64,000 bases of DNA. Source: an uncultured virus (IMG/VR IMGVR_UViG_3300042569_002633). Lineage: Duplodnaviria > Heunggongvirae > Uroviricota > Caudoviricetes. The notes under the pieces are model-generated. The model was not told the DNA's origin and did not search any database. It saw only the letters and a program-made list of their open reading frames with translations. Each line of letters begins with the position of its first letter. Within the stretch, counting starts at the first letter, position 1. Below are positions 18,140 through 28,600 of the stretch, piece after piece. The stretch lies in the IMG/VR virus record IMGVR_UViG_3300042569_002633; one strand, given 5' to 3'. A program made the position numbers and the translations under genes.

Positions 18140-21100
18140 TTAACCACGTAGTACGTTATTTATAATATTAACCGTAGAATTTGCTGGTGGAGTTACTTGA
18201 GAGCCAAAGTTAGGAGCTATAAGGGTCTGGTTTCTATACGAACCGGTAACTTCTATATCAAAAGAAAATACACTAATCGCTCTCTGTTGTAAGTCTATAC
18301 CAATCTTCTTAGTATAAGTTACATTACTCAAAGTACCAGCTTTTCTATATCCTCCGATATATCCGCCAACATCCTGTGCTCTAAATTGGAATATAATCGG
18401 AATATTGACAGAGTTATTCTGTCCTTGATAGATCCTCTTAGATGACTGAGACGTAAATCCATCTACAGCTAAATAAGTTGTTTGTGGTATACCTAAGAAA
18501 AGATAAGCACCACAGGAATATTTACCAATGAGGTACTGATCGTTTGCATCAAATCCAACTCTATCCTGCCACTGCGAATCGTATATGTCAACAGAGGCAG
18601 CAGTTGCTCCTGCCGCTGCTGTTGGAGTTCTATATTGAGTTTGTGAATAATACTCAGGTAGAGTTATATCAGCGTAGAATCCGATTGCATGTCTGAATGC
18701 AGGATACAAAATAGACCCTGCTACTGTATTATCGAAATTAGGCTTAACATAGGTAACATAATCACCTGTAGCACCAGTATTCAAAGCAGGATGGGTTGTA
18801 GATATACAGAATTCTGAAACGTACCCTCCTCCCTGTGGTGTTGTGCCTGACCATAAACCAGACCAGATACCTGCAGCTGTACCGCCGGAAGCTGTGACTG
18901 GCGTATTTTGCGGATCGTATGGTATCAAACAAGATCCATTGAGAGGCATAATTCCACCAGTTACACCAAAGAAGGAAGTGCTAGGTGTAGTACCTGAATA
19001 GTCATATAAAGGATTGAAAGCTGGTATCTGTGAACTTGTTAGATATAGGTCCTGATTCAATCCAATGTTCTTGTACCTTGAATACATGTACTGTCCATAT
19101 GTTTGAGCACATGCAAAAGGAGCAGCCTGATAAATTTCGGTATTTGAAATTACGTCTGAAGATGCGTATGTTGTTACCGATAAAGGAACCGCGCCATATC
19201 TAAGGTTAGTTCCATATCCATCTATCTGAGGATAAGTCGAAATAGGAGCTTGAGTGGTAAATCCGCCAGGAACTATAGACTGAAGTTCTACAGGGGTTGC
19301 CTGAGAGTTAGTAAGGGATATAAGATAGGTCTTAGTGTATATCTTACCTACATTTGCAGGAACAGTTAGATCAAATAGATCATTATAGTATCCCGCATTT
19401 AATGAAATTACCTGTCCAGCTGAAACTTGAAGTGAACTAATACCGTCTAACAAATAAACTTCGAGAACACCAACAGTAACAGAGACAAGGGATTGTAGTG
19501 TGGCAATCTGTTGTTGAAGTTCCGCTAATTTATCAAATATGCTTATGGTTCCACCCGCTGAATTGAAAAAGCCAGATGCTATACTCGAGGCCTGGTGGAA
19601 ATATGTAACTACATTCTCAGTAAACTGCTCGGAAAGATGCTGAGGAAGTCCCTGTGCATTAAGATTCTCCTGAACAGTTACTACTGCTGAATCCTCGCTA
19701 TTTTTCTTCAATAGATCAGTTATACCATTTACAGCTAAGTCGCTAGGGAAGGAAATAGAAACAGGATCGGAATATATCGATACGTGAGGATTATTAGGCC
19801 ATCCCGCTTCAGACACAGATGCGATTTGTATTTCTACTTTTTCACCCTTTTGAATGGGAATATCAATTTGATTTATATTTTGAGCATCAGCATTATCAAC
19901 ATTCTCAGGAGCCCAAACATAAACTCCTCTATTCTCATCATAGACTTTCTTTCTGATTGGAGTTGTATATTCTACCCAGTTGGAGAAAGCTCCGGTCTTT
20001 TGCTGTCCGTTATTATCAACGAATTTAATTTGCTCAGTTGGCTGTGTTGCACCACTATCAGAAAGATATCTGTATCTTACCTTGAAAGCTATTACCTGCT
20101 GAGAACCAGTTAAAGGATCGAAAACAGGATCGGGTATTGCCCAGAATCCTCTTACTCTATATTTAGGCTGCGTATCAATCTGTGAAAGATCCGACGTAGT
20201 TGTTTGGATGTCCTTTACAACAGACGAGTAAAGCTGACTCTTCTTTGATTTCTCGTTTATAAGGGAATCTAATTTCGCTTGTATCGTACTAACTGCTCCG
20301 GAGGAAGCTTTAGCTGTGCCCAGTGATTTAGCTTGGTTTAGCTGAACTTTAGTTTGATTAATCGAAGCATCCAATGCATCTATCTCGGTCTTAAGTGAAC
20401 TTTTAGCAGCAACCTTATCTGTAGCTGTTTTAGCAGAAACAGAGTCAGTAACCTGCTTGTTAATTTGAACCACTTTAAAGTTTGTCTCAGCAACAGTAGG
20501 CACATTAGGTGTTAATCCTTGAATAGCCGGAACTGTTTTTTCCTTTGCCATATCGAGAAATACCTTACCGATATCCGCTACCTGTGTCAAATAAAACTGT
20601 TCCAGTGAAACAAGATTACCAGCTGAATCCAGCGTGGTTAATTCACTGCTCCAGAATGTGATACCTGTGGACCACTCAGATGAAACTATATTGAAATTAT
20701 CATCGATTGTCTTAAAGAAAACTCCTTGTCTTTCATCATTTCCGATGTTAACATCAACGAATCTGTCGCCAAGGTCATTTGAGAAATAGCTAAGTGTATC
20801 AGCTCCTAAGAAAACCTGCTGATAACCGGATACCCTCTGTAATTGAACTGAGGATTCGTCTAGGTTAACAGAGGTGATTAAATAGATCGTTCCGTCTGCG
20901 GTTGCTAGTCTATTCCCGTTATTGAGTGTCCTGCTATTCTTTACCCCTGTTGTTGTATCTGTGTACTTTAAACTTGTTAGTTTATAATTACGAACAGTTG
21001 TTTGAACTAGTTGTCCATTTTGGCTTGTTGTAGAAACAACGCTATCGTAAAAAGAGGTAACACTAAAAGATCCAGTATATCTAAGTTTTCTCAGAGGTAA

Positions 21101-21703
21101 TTGCTCTAGACTTTCGTCAGTGAAGTATTGAATTCCCGCAGCAGTTAATTCGGATACGAAGGTATCATAAGAAACGTCATTTCTACCCTTTAAAGAATTA
21201 TCAAAGAAATCCTTTTGAGCCTGAGTTGTTGTGTTAGCAATAATTCTTTTAACAAGTATTCTATCAGCATTTTCAGAGATCTTACCTGTTACATCTATAC
21301 TCACATATAAAAGTGGACTTAGAAAGCTTTCAAAGAACCAATTGTCCTTGGTCTGGAATGTTCCAGGTACAGGAAGATTGGCCATCGGTGCAGGATTCTT
21401 TAAAGGTTCTGCTTTGAAGACCTGAGAATATGTTCCGTCGGGATTTCTAACAGTTGATCCGTTAGATATTCCAGCTAAAGATTTAATATTATTATCAATC
21501 CTCTCGATTTGGGCTCTCATGTATCCATACGAAGGAATGCTCGCTGTTGTGGGATTCCCATTGTCATCTAATACCTCGATTGAAACGGTTTCGTTCGTAG
21601 ACGTCGCTACCTCATTTAAACCATTAATAATTTCTAAGGCATTCTTTTGAAGCCTCAGAAATTGAGCCACTAAAGAACTTATCGAATTTTGGGTGCCTGC
21701 CAT
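18140..21703 (-). CDS. large virion structural protein (coiled coil plus beta-sandwich)
   Basis: 1187 aa with a central coiled coil and FN3-like strands FKVRYRY...VEIQIASVSEAG. Confidence 0.6.
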   Translation of the reverse strand: MAGTQNSISSLVAQFLRLQKNALEIINGLNEVATSTNETVSIEVLDDNGNPTTASIPSYGYMRAQIERIDNNIKSLAGISNGSTVRNPDGTYSQVFKAEPLKNPAPMANLPVPGTFQTKDNWFFESFLSPLLYVSIDVTGKISENADRILVKRIIANTTTQAQKDFFDNSLKGRNDVSYDTFVSELTAAGIQYFTDESLEQLPLRKLRYTGSFSVTSFYDSVVSTTSQNGQLVQTTVRNYKLTSLKYTDTTTGVKNSRTLNNGNRLATADGTIYLITSVNLDESSVQLQRVSGYQQVFLGADTLSYFSNDLGDRFVDVNIGNDERQGVFFKTIDDNFNIVSSEWSTGITFWSSELTTLDSAGNLVSLEQFYLTQVADIGKVFLDMAKEKTVPAIQGLTPNVPTVAETNFKVVQINKQVTDSVSAKTATDKVAAKSSLKTEIDALDASINQTKVQLNQAKSLGTAKASSGAVSTIQAKLDSLINEKSKKSQLYSSVVKDIQTTTSDLSQIDTQPKYRVRGFWAIPDPVFDPLTGSQQVIAFKVRYRYLSDSGATQPTEQIKFVDNNGQQKTGAFSNWVEYTTPIRKKVYDENRGVYVWAPENVDNADAQNINQIDIPIQKGEKVEIQIASVSEAGWPNNPHVSIYSDPVSISFPSDLAVNGITDLLKKNSEDSAVVTVQENLNAQGLPQHLSEQFTENVVTYFHQASSIASGFFNSAGGTISIFDKLAELQQQIATLQSLVSVTVGVLEVYLLDGISSLQVSAGQVISLNAGYYNDLFDLTVPANVGKIYTKTYLISLTNSQATPVELQSIVPGGFTTQAPISTYPQIDGYGTNLRYGAVPLSVTTYASSDVISNTEIYQAAPFACAQTYGQYMYSRYKNIGLNQDLYLTSSQIPAFNPLYDYSGTTPSTSFFGVTGGIMPLNGSCLIPYDPQNTPVTASGGTAAGIWSGLWSGTTPQGGGYVSEFCISTTHPALNTGATGDYVTYVKPNFDNTVAGSILYPAFRHAIGFYADITLPEYYSQTQYRTPTAAAGATAASVDIYDSQWQDRVGFDANDQYLIGKYSCGAYLFLGIPQTTYLAVDGFTSQSSKRIYQGQNNSVNIPIIFQFRAQDVGGYIGGYRKAGTLSNVTYTKKIGIDLQQRAISVFSFDIEVTGSYRNQTLIAPNFGSQVTPPANSTVNIINNVLRG

Positions 21704-21708
21704 TTTGA

Positions 21709-23910
21709 TTAGATATTATTATTTGTTAAACTTTTTCCTATAGCATCAACCTGGAATATCAAGTTATTCTGATCAATACATACGATCTCCAGAACTGGCA
21801 TATAATCGTACCCAGAGAAGAAATCGGAATCTAATGAAATAATTAGGGTTGAATAAGGAGTCCCGCTTGGATTTGAAACTGGATATTCACCTGTTGCATT
21901 AGTCAAGATATTAACAAAGAATGCAGAGGGATAGACTCTATCACCAAAGGTTATTCTGAATCTTTGCCCTGTTTTCCATCTAACGGTAGTATCCTGTAGT
22001 CTGATGTTTAGATCCTGCGTTAAAGTTATTGGTATTCCGTTGTTTACGTGCTTGAAGTAGTTGGAAAACTCAACTAACGGTATCACATTAGAACCAGTTT
22101 GTGTCAGAGTACCAACACCATAATTTGATCCTATATTGAAATCCTGGTTAGCGTTATTTATATAAAGCTCATTTGGTATCGTTCTGTCGACATTAATACC
22201 CATCCCTTGCTTTACTAAATCAAGATCATATGAAACTGTTATAGAGGATTGCCCATTTATAATGGACCTCAAAATCTCATAGTTTTGATCTATGAGCTGC
22301 ATAACTGCGTTCGTGTTCGTGAATAACGATTGGTTAGCAGCATAGGAAGATTCAAGTTGTGCTATTCTAGCTTCAAGTGTAGCTGTAGTTGTGCTAGATA
22401 GAAGCAAATCCTCCATAGCAGTAACTCTCTGCTCTAAGAAGATAAACTGTGAAGCCGTGTCATTTATAGTACCAGAGGCATCTTGCAATACATTCATAGC
22501 ATCCATAAACATAGACAGCGAGAATGACGAATAGTCATTTATAGCCTGCTCTACTCCTGTCTGATCTACATCGGTATCGAATTTAAGATTGATCTTAAAT
22601 CCGTAAGAGTTACCGTTTAGTTTAGTAACTGGATTTGGTCTATATTTACTAAATCTAGGAATGAAAGAATCGCCAGATTCCGAATTAACGTCGTCTAGAA
22701 AAAGAACACCATACAAGTTAGTCGCAACGTCAGCTTCATTAGCAGGATCGTATACATCATAATAAATCAGAACAGCATTAAAATCAAAATCGTTAGCATC
22801 CGAGGTGGAATTAAATTCCTCAATGGTAGAAATGCTAGGATTATCGATAATTTGTTTGTATGAATTTGGATCGAAATCCAATCCTATTGAATCGAGGTTT
22901 GATCTAACGAATTCCCAATTTGTTATTGATCCATAAGTTTTGCTTAGAATCTTGTTATATGGATTAACGAAAGAATCGTCAGAAAAATAACTGTTTGGTG
23001 TATCTAGGGGTGCATACCAGTTCCCTGTGTAAGTTGATCCATCAAAAGTATCACTATAAGAAACAGTTGGTACGCCTGAAGCTTCCTCGTCAAAGATAGC
23101 TAAAGTACTCAATCCAGAAGGATTTACATCCAAATAAGATCTTCCAGTTAGATATTCGGCATCTAAAGGATCCGAAGGATTGTTGGTCCAAGTAAAATCT
23201 GGGTAGTAATTGGTATCAACAACGTTCTTAAATAGAACAGTAGGAGTGCTACCGTCAGAGGTTGGCACGTATACATAAACCTCGGAATAAGCATTATCTT
23301 GATTCCTAACAGAGTTAACAATATCAAGACCACCAATATACTGAACCACTTTACTATAAGGACCTGTTAATCCATAACCTCCGGTTTGCCCAGTAGGCTC
23401 ATCTCCCTCAACGTATCTCTTCTGTGTTACTGGCAATCCATTAGAATCGAACGTAACGCTATTTTGATCTAAAGACGGTGACACCTGTTCAGAAGACGCC
23501 GCTTTAAATCTCAAAGCTCCAATCTCTCTCATCCATTTCCAGAAAACCCTCTCCGAGACATTCTGTTTTAACGATGGGTCGTATTCATCGCTGCTGGTTA
23601 TAGTCGTTTCTAAATTTAAACAGTACGATTGAAAGCTTTGAGAGAATGCAATATTAGCATCACTAGGCACGAGATTATATGTACCAGTACTCCAATCTAT
23701 AAATGCGCTATCCGGAGCGTTTAATTTAACCGTATTATCCTGAGAAGCAGTGGTGCTAATATCAGGAATATTCAATAGTGCAAATTTGGAAAACCTGAAT
23801 TTATTGACCGAATTATTAAATGTAAAAGCAAGGTCCTCTGCCGCTGAACTAAATGTATAAAAAGTTCCACCCTGAACTTGCAGGGGCCTAATAAAAGGGG
23901 TTTTTGCCAT
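21709..23910 (-). CDS. virion structural protein
   Basis: 733-aa acidic ORF with a coiled coil near the C-terminus, within the structural operon. Confidence 0.6.
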   Translation of the reverse strand: MAKTPFIRPLQVQGGTFYTFSSAAEDLAFTFNNSVNKFRFSKFALLNIPDISTTASQDNTVKLNAPDSAFIDWSTGTYNLVPSDANIAFSQSFQSYCLNLETTITSSDEYDPSLKQNVSERVFWKWMREIGALRFKAASSEQVSPSLDQNSVTFDSNGLPVTQKRYVEGDEPTGQTGGYGLTGPYSKVVQYIGGLDIVNSVRNQDNAYSEVYVYVPTSDGSTPTVLFKNVVDTNYYPDFTWTNNPSDPLDAEYLTGRSYLDVNPSGLSTLAIFDEEASGVPTVSYSDTFDGSTYTGNWYAPLDTPNSYFSDDSFVNPYNKILSKTYGSITNWEFVRSNLDSIGLDFDPNSYKQIIDNPSISTIEEFNSTSDANDFDFNAVLIYYDVYDPANEADVATNLYGVLFLDDVNSESGDSFIPRFSKYRPNPVTKLNGNSYGFKINLKFDTDVDQTGVEQAINDYSSFSLSMFMDAMNVLQDASGTINDTASQFIFLEQRVTAMEDLLLSSTTTATLEARIAQLESSYAANQSLFTNTNAVMQLIDQNYEILRSIINGQSSITVSYDLDLVKQGMGINVDRTIPNELYINNANQDFNIGSNYGVGTLTQTGSNVIPLVEFSNYFKHVNNGIPITLTQDLNIRLQDTTVRWKTGQRFRITFGDRVYPSAFFVNILTNATGEYPVSNPSGTPYSTLIISLDSDFFSGYDYMPVLEIVCIDQNNLIFQVDAIGKSLTNNNI

Positions 23911-23931
23911 CTTCTTCTATCCTTTGTTTTT

Positions 23932-24855
23932 TTATCCAGCTGTAACGTTCTGTCCACCTAGAATAACCCATGAACCTTTTTGTTCTGTTTGGTCACCTGC
24001 AATTCTAGATTCCCATTGTAGTGTAACAGAACTTCTGTATGGAGTATTAGCTGCGAAAGTGATACCAGTATACGAGCCATATGTGCTGGTAGTATTAAAC
24101 CCAGTATAGTAAGTTTGTGTTACACCAGTAACTCCAGTTGCAATAAAAGGTGTGGTTGCTCTTGCAGTGTTAACGATAGTAACTCTGTATCCAGAAGGCA
24201 AGTTAGATGCTGTGCCTCCGCTTCCCCCAACAACCTGCATGTAAAATCCGGTTGGACCGCAGTTTGCATAGATAACATCTTCAGTTCCAGTGAAGATGTA
24301 AGGATTGTTAACATTAGTAGATATACCACCGCCGCCTACACCAGTTGTACTAACAGGAAATGCAGAAGTTAATCCAGGTGCTCCACCAGCTAATGATCCA
24401 TTAGTGCTCCAGTTGTTTGCATGGACCTCGTTAGAATAAGCCCCGTAAGTCGATCTTCCAGTATAACCAACGTTACCAGCAAAGCTAGCTGTTACACCAG
24501 CTGCTTGAGTTAGATTACCAGCTATACCCAATGCCCCACTAAATGTGGATGCTCCAGATACTGCTAGTGTCTGTGTTGACGTCGAAACAAAAGAAGCAGC
24601 ACCGTTACTTGCTATTGCTGCTAGTGCAGTGCCTGACGCAGGGGTGGAGAAAGTGTTTGCTCTAATAGTCAAAGCAGAAACCCTACCCGTTGAAGCTCCA
24701 GTTAGATCCATTACACCAGTAGAGGTGTCTATTCCAAATACATTTTCAAATCCATTTACCCAATTCTGAAGAATTAGAAAGTTGGAATTTATGGTAATTC
24801 TAGATCCCGATATCGAATCAGAACCTAAAATTTCAGTAATACTTACAGATGCCAT
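23932..24855 (-). CDS. Gly/Thr-rich fibre-like virion protein
   Basis: N-terminus ITEILGSDSISGSRITINSNF resembles the fibre-paralog N-termini; many GxTG motifs. Confidence 0.6.
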   Translation of the reverse strand: MASVSITEILGSDSISGSRITINSNFLILQNWVNGFENVFGIDTSTGVMDLTGASTGRVSALTIRANTFSTPASGTALAAIASNGAASFVSTSTQTLAVSGASTFSGALGIAGNLTQAAGVTASFAGNVGYTGRSTYGAYSNEVHANNWSTNGSLAGGAPGLTSAFPVSTTGVGGGGISTNVNNPYIFTGTEDVIYANCGPTGFYMQVVGGSGGTASNLPSGYRVTIVNTARATTPFIATGVTGVTQTYYTGFNTTSTYGSYTGITFAANTPYRSSVTLQWESRIAGDQTEQKGSWVILGGQNVTAG

Positions 24856-24887
24856 TTTTTATTATTTTTTTATCCTTTTTTCAGAGT

Positions 24888-24895
24888 TATATATC
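24888..24895 (-). promoter_or_regulatory. putative late promoter GATATATA
   Basis: Recurrent octamer upstream of ATG 24855. Confidence 0.65.
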
Positions 24896-24919
24896 GAAGA
24901 GAAATTATATCAATAAACA

Positions 24920-25600
24920 CTAATCTCTAAAGTCACCGTAAACTCTAAGGATCGGTTCCACTATTTCGTGTCTATGATTAGTTTTAAGCGAGATCACTTT
25001 AACACCCTTAACATTCTCCTCTAATCTAGCAAAAAAGCTTATTCCGCTTTCTTTCTTATTCTTAAGATCCGATTGTGTTATGTCCCCGCAGAAAACCATT
25101 TTACCACCTTTACCTAAGCGGCCTAGCATCATCTCGGTTTGACTGTGTGTGATGTTTTGACACTCGTCAACGACAACGAAGGAATTAGGGAATGTTCTAC
25201 CTCTCATGAAGGCAAAAGGCACTATCTCTATTTGATTCTCAGCTAGCATCTTATCAACTTTCTCTCTATCGTATAAAAGATGGAGATTTGAATAGATGGG
25301 AGCCAACCACGGATCCATTTTTTCCTTGAGATCGCCGGGCAAAAAACCTATGTCCTCTTTTGCTACAGTCGGTCTGGTTATTATGATCTTTTCTATTTCC
25401 CTTTTGAAAAACATGTCCATAGCAACCTGGCAAGCAACTAAAGTCTTACCAGATCCTGCTTGACCTTTTATCAAGACAACAGGATTATCGTAAATCAGTG
25501 ATTTTGCTATTTTTTGTTCCTCGTTTAATTCAATTTTGAATCTTATCGGATTTTTAGGTTTTCTTTTTTCCGAATTTGGGATTTTTGATAGTTTTTCCAT
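24920..25600 (-). CDS. phoH: PhoH-like ATPase
   Basis: GQAGSGKT Walker A, IGFLPGDLKEKMDPW, AFMRGRTF, VDECQN, GDITQSD. ATG 25600 preferred over TTG 25627. Confidence 0.95.
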   Translation of the reverse strand: MEKLSKIPNSEKRKPKNPIRFKIELNEEQKIAKSLIYDNPVVLIKGQAGSGKTLVACQVAMDMFFKREIEKIIITRPTVAKEDIGFLPGDLKEKMDPWLAPIYSNLHLLYDREKVDKMLAENQIEIVPFAFMRGRTFPNSFVVVDECQNITHSQTEMMLGRLGKGGKMVFCGDITQSDLKNKKESGISFFARLEENVKGVKVISLKTNHRHEIVEPILRVYGDFRD

Positions 25601-25607
25601 ATTAGAT

Positions 25608-25636
25608 ATTATATTACTTATAAACAAAAAGGATTC
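25608..25636 (-). promoter_or_regulatory. putative early/middle promoter GAATCC-N17-TATAAT
   Basis: Same architecture found at three other non-structural gene starts; -10 box is 7 nt before ATG 25600. Confidence 0.55.
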
Positions 25637-25653
25637 GATTTATCCACTTATTT

Positions 25654-28600
25654 TTATTGATTAAAAGTGGCGTCAGGATTATCCTTAATAACTAGGTTTG
25701 AAACAAAAGGTAATTTATTATTTTTAGCATTTTCAATTTGATCCTGAGCCATTGTTTTCTCTAAAGCTTGTAGCTTCTGATCAGTGTTTTTTGGTGGTAT
25801 TGGCCATCCGTAATCTGATGAATTAACAGCGAAAGGATTTTTATCATTAGGGTTTTTATCTGTGTAATTCACTACGGTTACAAAAGCAGGATTAGATACT
25901 TCATATACATTTCCGAATGCATCCTCCACTGAATTGTAAATGGAGTAGTAGCCCTCCTGAGCGAATGTGTAAATAAAATAAGGAGTGTTCTTAACATTCA
26001 ATATCTCTGTGCCGGTTTTCGCATCGCTTAGTATCCATACGTTATTTTGCTTTCCGTAGATAGCAGAATTATAATTGGAGAAGAAAACAGTGCAAAGCTG
26101 TGGAAGTGTCAGTCCCTTATCAGATTGGTGTACATCACACCACGTCCACGGGTTCGACCCTGGTCTAGATATAATCTGTCCCATATTGACACCAAGTTGA
26201 GGAATGTATTGCTCAGAGAGGAAAGAATACACATTAGCGTTACTATTAGTCGTAACATAATCCAACCAAGCAGGTCCTGTTGATCCGCCATAGGTGGAAT
26301 CATTCTGACCAGTAAAGAATATGTTCCCTATTGAATCAGAAGAGAATACGTTACCCGATACAGTTTTAACGTTTTCCAAACTTAATGTGCTCACTACTCC
26401 AGTATTTAAGTCCTGTTTAAAGACATAAGTATTCTGTAAATTATTCGAGGCTGAAGCGGAGGTTGCTCCTGTGAAAATACCAACTAGATTACCAGTTTCA
26501 GTAGCAACAGGTCTCGAATTCCAGATATCGCTATCCGATGCTGTCGAAGAGCCAGCTCCGGTTTGTGTAATTGTCTGTATATCAGGCAAAGGTCCGAATA
26601 TTACCTTCTCTGTTGAATTTGAGGGATTTACAAAACCGGTTACTAAGTACTGACCAGGGAGGTCGAACTCTATATCTTTACCAAGATATGTATCAGATGT
26701 AGCTCCATAGTGTTGATTGGTCACGGTATAATAGCCATTGTACTTGCTCAAATATCCAGCATTTCTTTGGAATGGCTTCAGATTTGTAGTATCAGATCCA
26801 AAAGAACTAAAGAAACTTCCGGTAATTCCTATGTTACCGGGGTCTGAATAATCCATGATAAAATAGAAAGGTTTATAGCCGCTATAAACAGTAGGATTGG
26901 TAAGTGTAACACCGGTTATATTGATGCTAACATTAGTAGAGCCATTGACCGCTACGGTCTCCGTTCCAGATAGTGAAGCTACGGAAACAGCAGTTACACT
27001 ATCCATCCCGTCATTATTAATCTGTGCCGCTGCTCTTAAGCTGAAATCTAAGGAATTCATAATAATGACGCCATTAACATCTGATGAAGTACCGGTGTTC
27101 CCTAATTGGTCGGGTACATAAATGTTATCTGTAGTTCTATTCCATGCATTCTTTAGAGTTGACATTTTGTAAGTAGGACTAACATAATCAGTCTGGAAAG
27201 ATAAAGCCAATTTACCCAAAGACGAATCCATCATTAACTGTTCAACCGTATTTGCGTTTACCGAGCTAACATCAGAAGGAAAGTGTCTAAAATTCTTAAC
27301 TTGATACTTCCAATCAGTCTCGGAGTTAACGTCCCTTAGAGAAGTAGTGTTTCCAATATTGTTAGTTAATTCCATTATAAAAATACCAGATCCTGCCTCT
27401 ATTGAGCTAGTATCTGTTGCACCGTTTCTAATTAGAGGGAAAGATAACTGGTTCCAATACCAGAAATCAAAAGTATAATCGCTTCCCGAGGTTAAGCTTT
27501 GCGATCCTGATACCCAGGTAACACCCATACAGTAAACGTCGGAATTAAAATTACTATCGGGTAAAAAATATGTTATTGTATCAATCCTGTAATAAGCACC
27601 CCCTATTTGTACCACCATTCCGGTGTACAAATCAGAACCTGCCGTGGAAAGAGATCCGGATGTCGGTGACTGACCAACAGAAATGTATTTGATTGCGGTT
27701 GAACTTGATAAATTACCAGAAACCTGTGTTATGCCGTCCTCGCCATATAATCTAAAATTGGAATCTGATGTACTTGCACTGGACGGATCCACATAAGTCC
27801 ACTGTATTCCTATATTAGGAGAATATTCACCGGTTCCACCCGGTGTATAAATCCAGCTATAATCAGTGCCAAGTCCTGGAACATCTGAATTAGTTAACCC
27901 GATGGGTGCACCAGTAGGACCTACAGTAGGAGCTACGGAAGACCAAATATAGTCTCCAACCTCTATTAGTCCATTGAATGATCCTCCAACATAGATTGAA
28001 TTCCCGTCCTCCGATGGTATTATTCTTAGCACCTTTGTGCTTTTACCAGAAACCCCCATAGAATCAACCACTCTTCCCTCCTCGTCGTAACTAGCTATAA
28101 AACCAGTATATGAATCCGTTTCTAGAAAGGGTGAATCTGATGCATCATGAGTCTGTCCTCCTTGTATAGAGAGAGATCCCGCTAGAGAAGGGTTACTAGC
28201 AAAAAGATAAGAATCGTCACCGTTTATATCCTTTCCCAGTAGAATACCGGTGAATGCTGGATTAGTCTCAGCTCCATTACTGAAAGGCTGATATATGCCT
28301 AATATAGCCCCGCCTATAACATATCTTTTATGTGATCCTGTATCAATTATACAATTGGTATAAATCTCGAAACCCGGGACATTTGAAAGATTTGAAACTA
28401 TCTGTGCCCATTTAGCTTCTTGCACGCTATCTACTAAATCCATATCCTCCACAGAGGGTATTGGTGGATTATTCCAATAAGGCTGCTTGCCAGCTTCTCC
28501 TGAAGCTATAGCGGAAAGCTCCGTTGTTAGAAAAAGATTTCTTGGATCTAGACCAGGGAACTTGTACTGAAGATAATCCGTTTGATATGTCTGCCAGTAA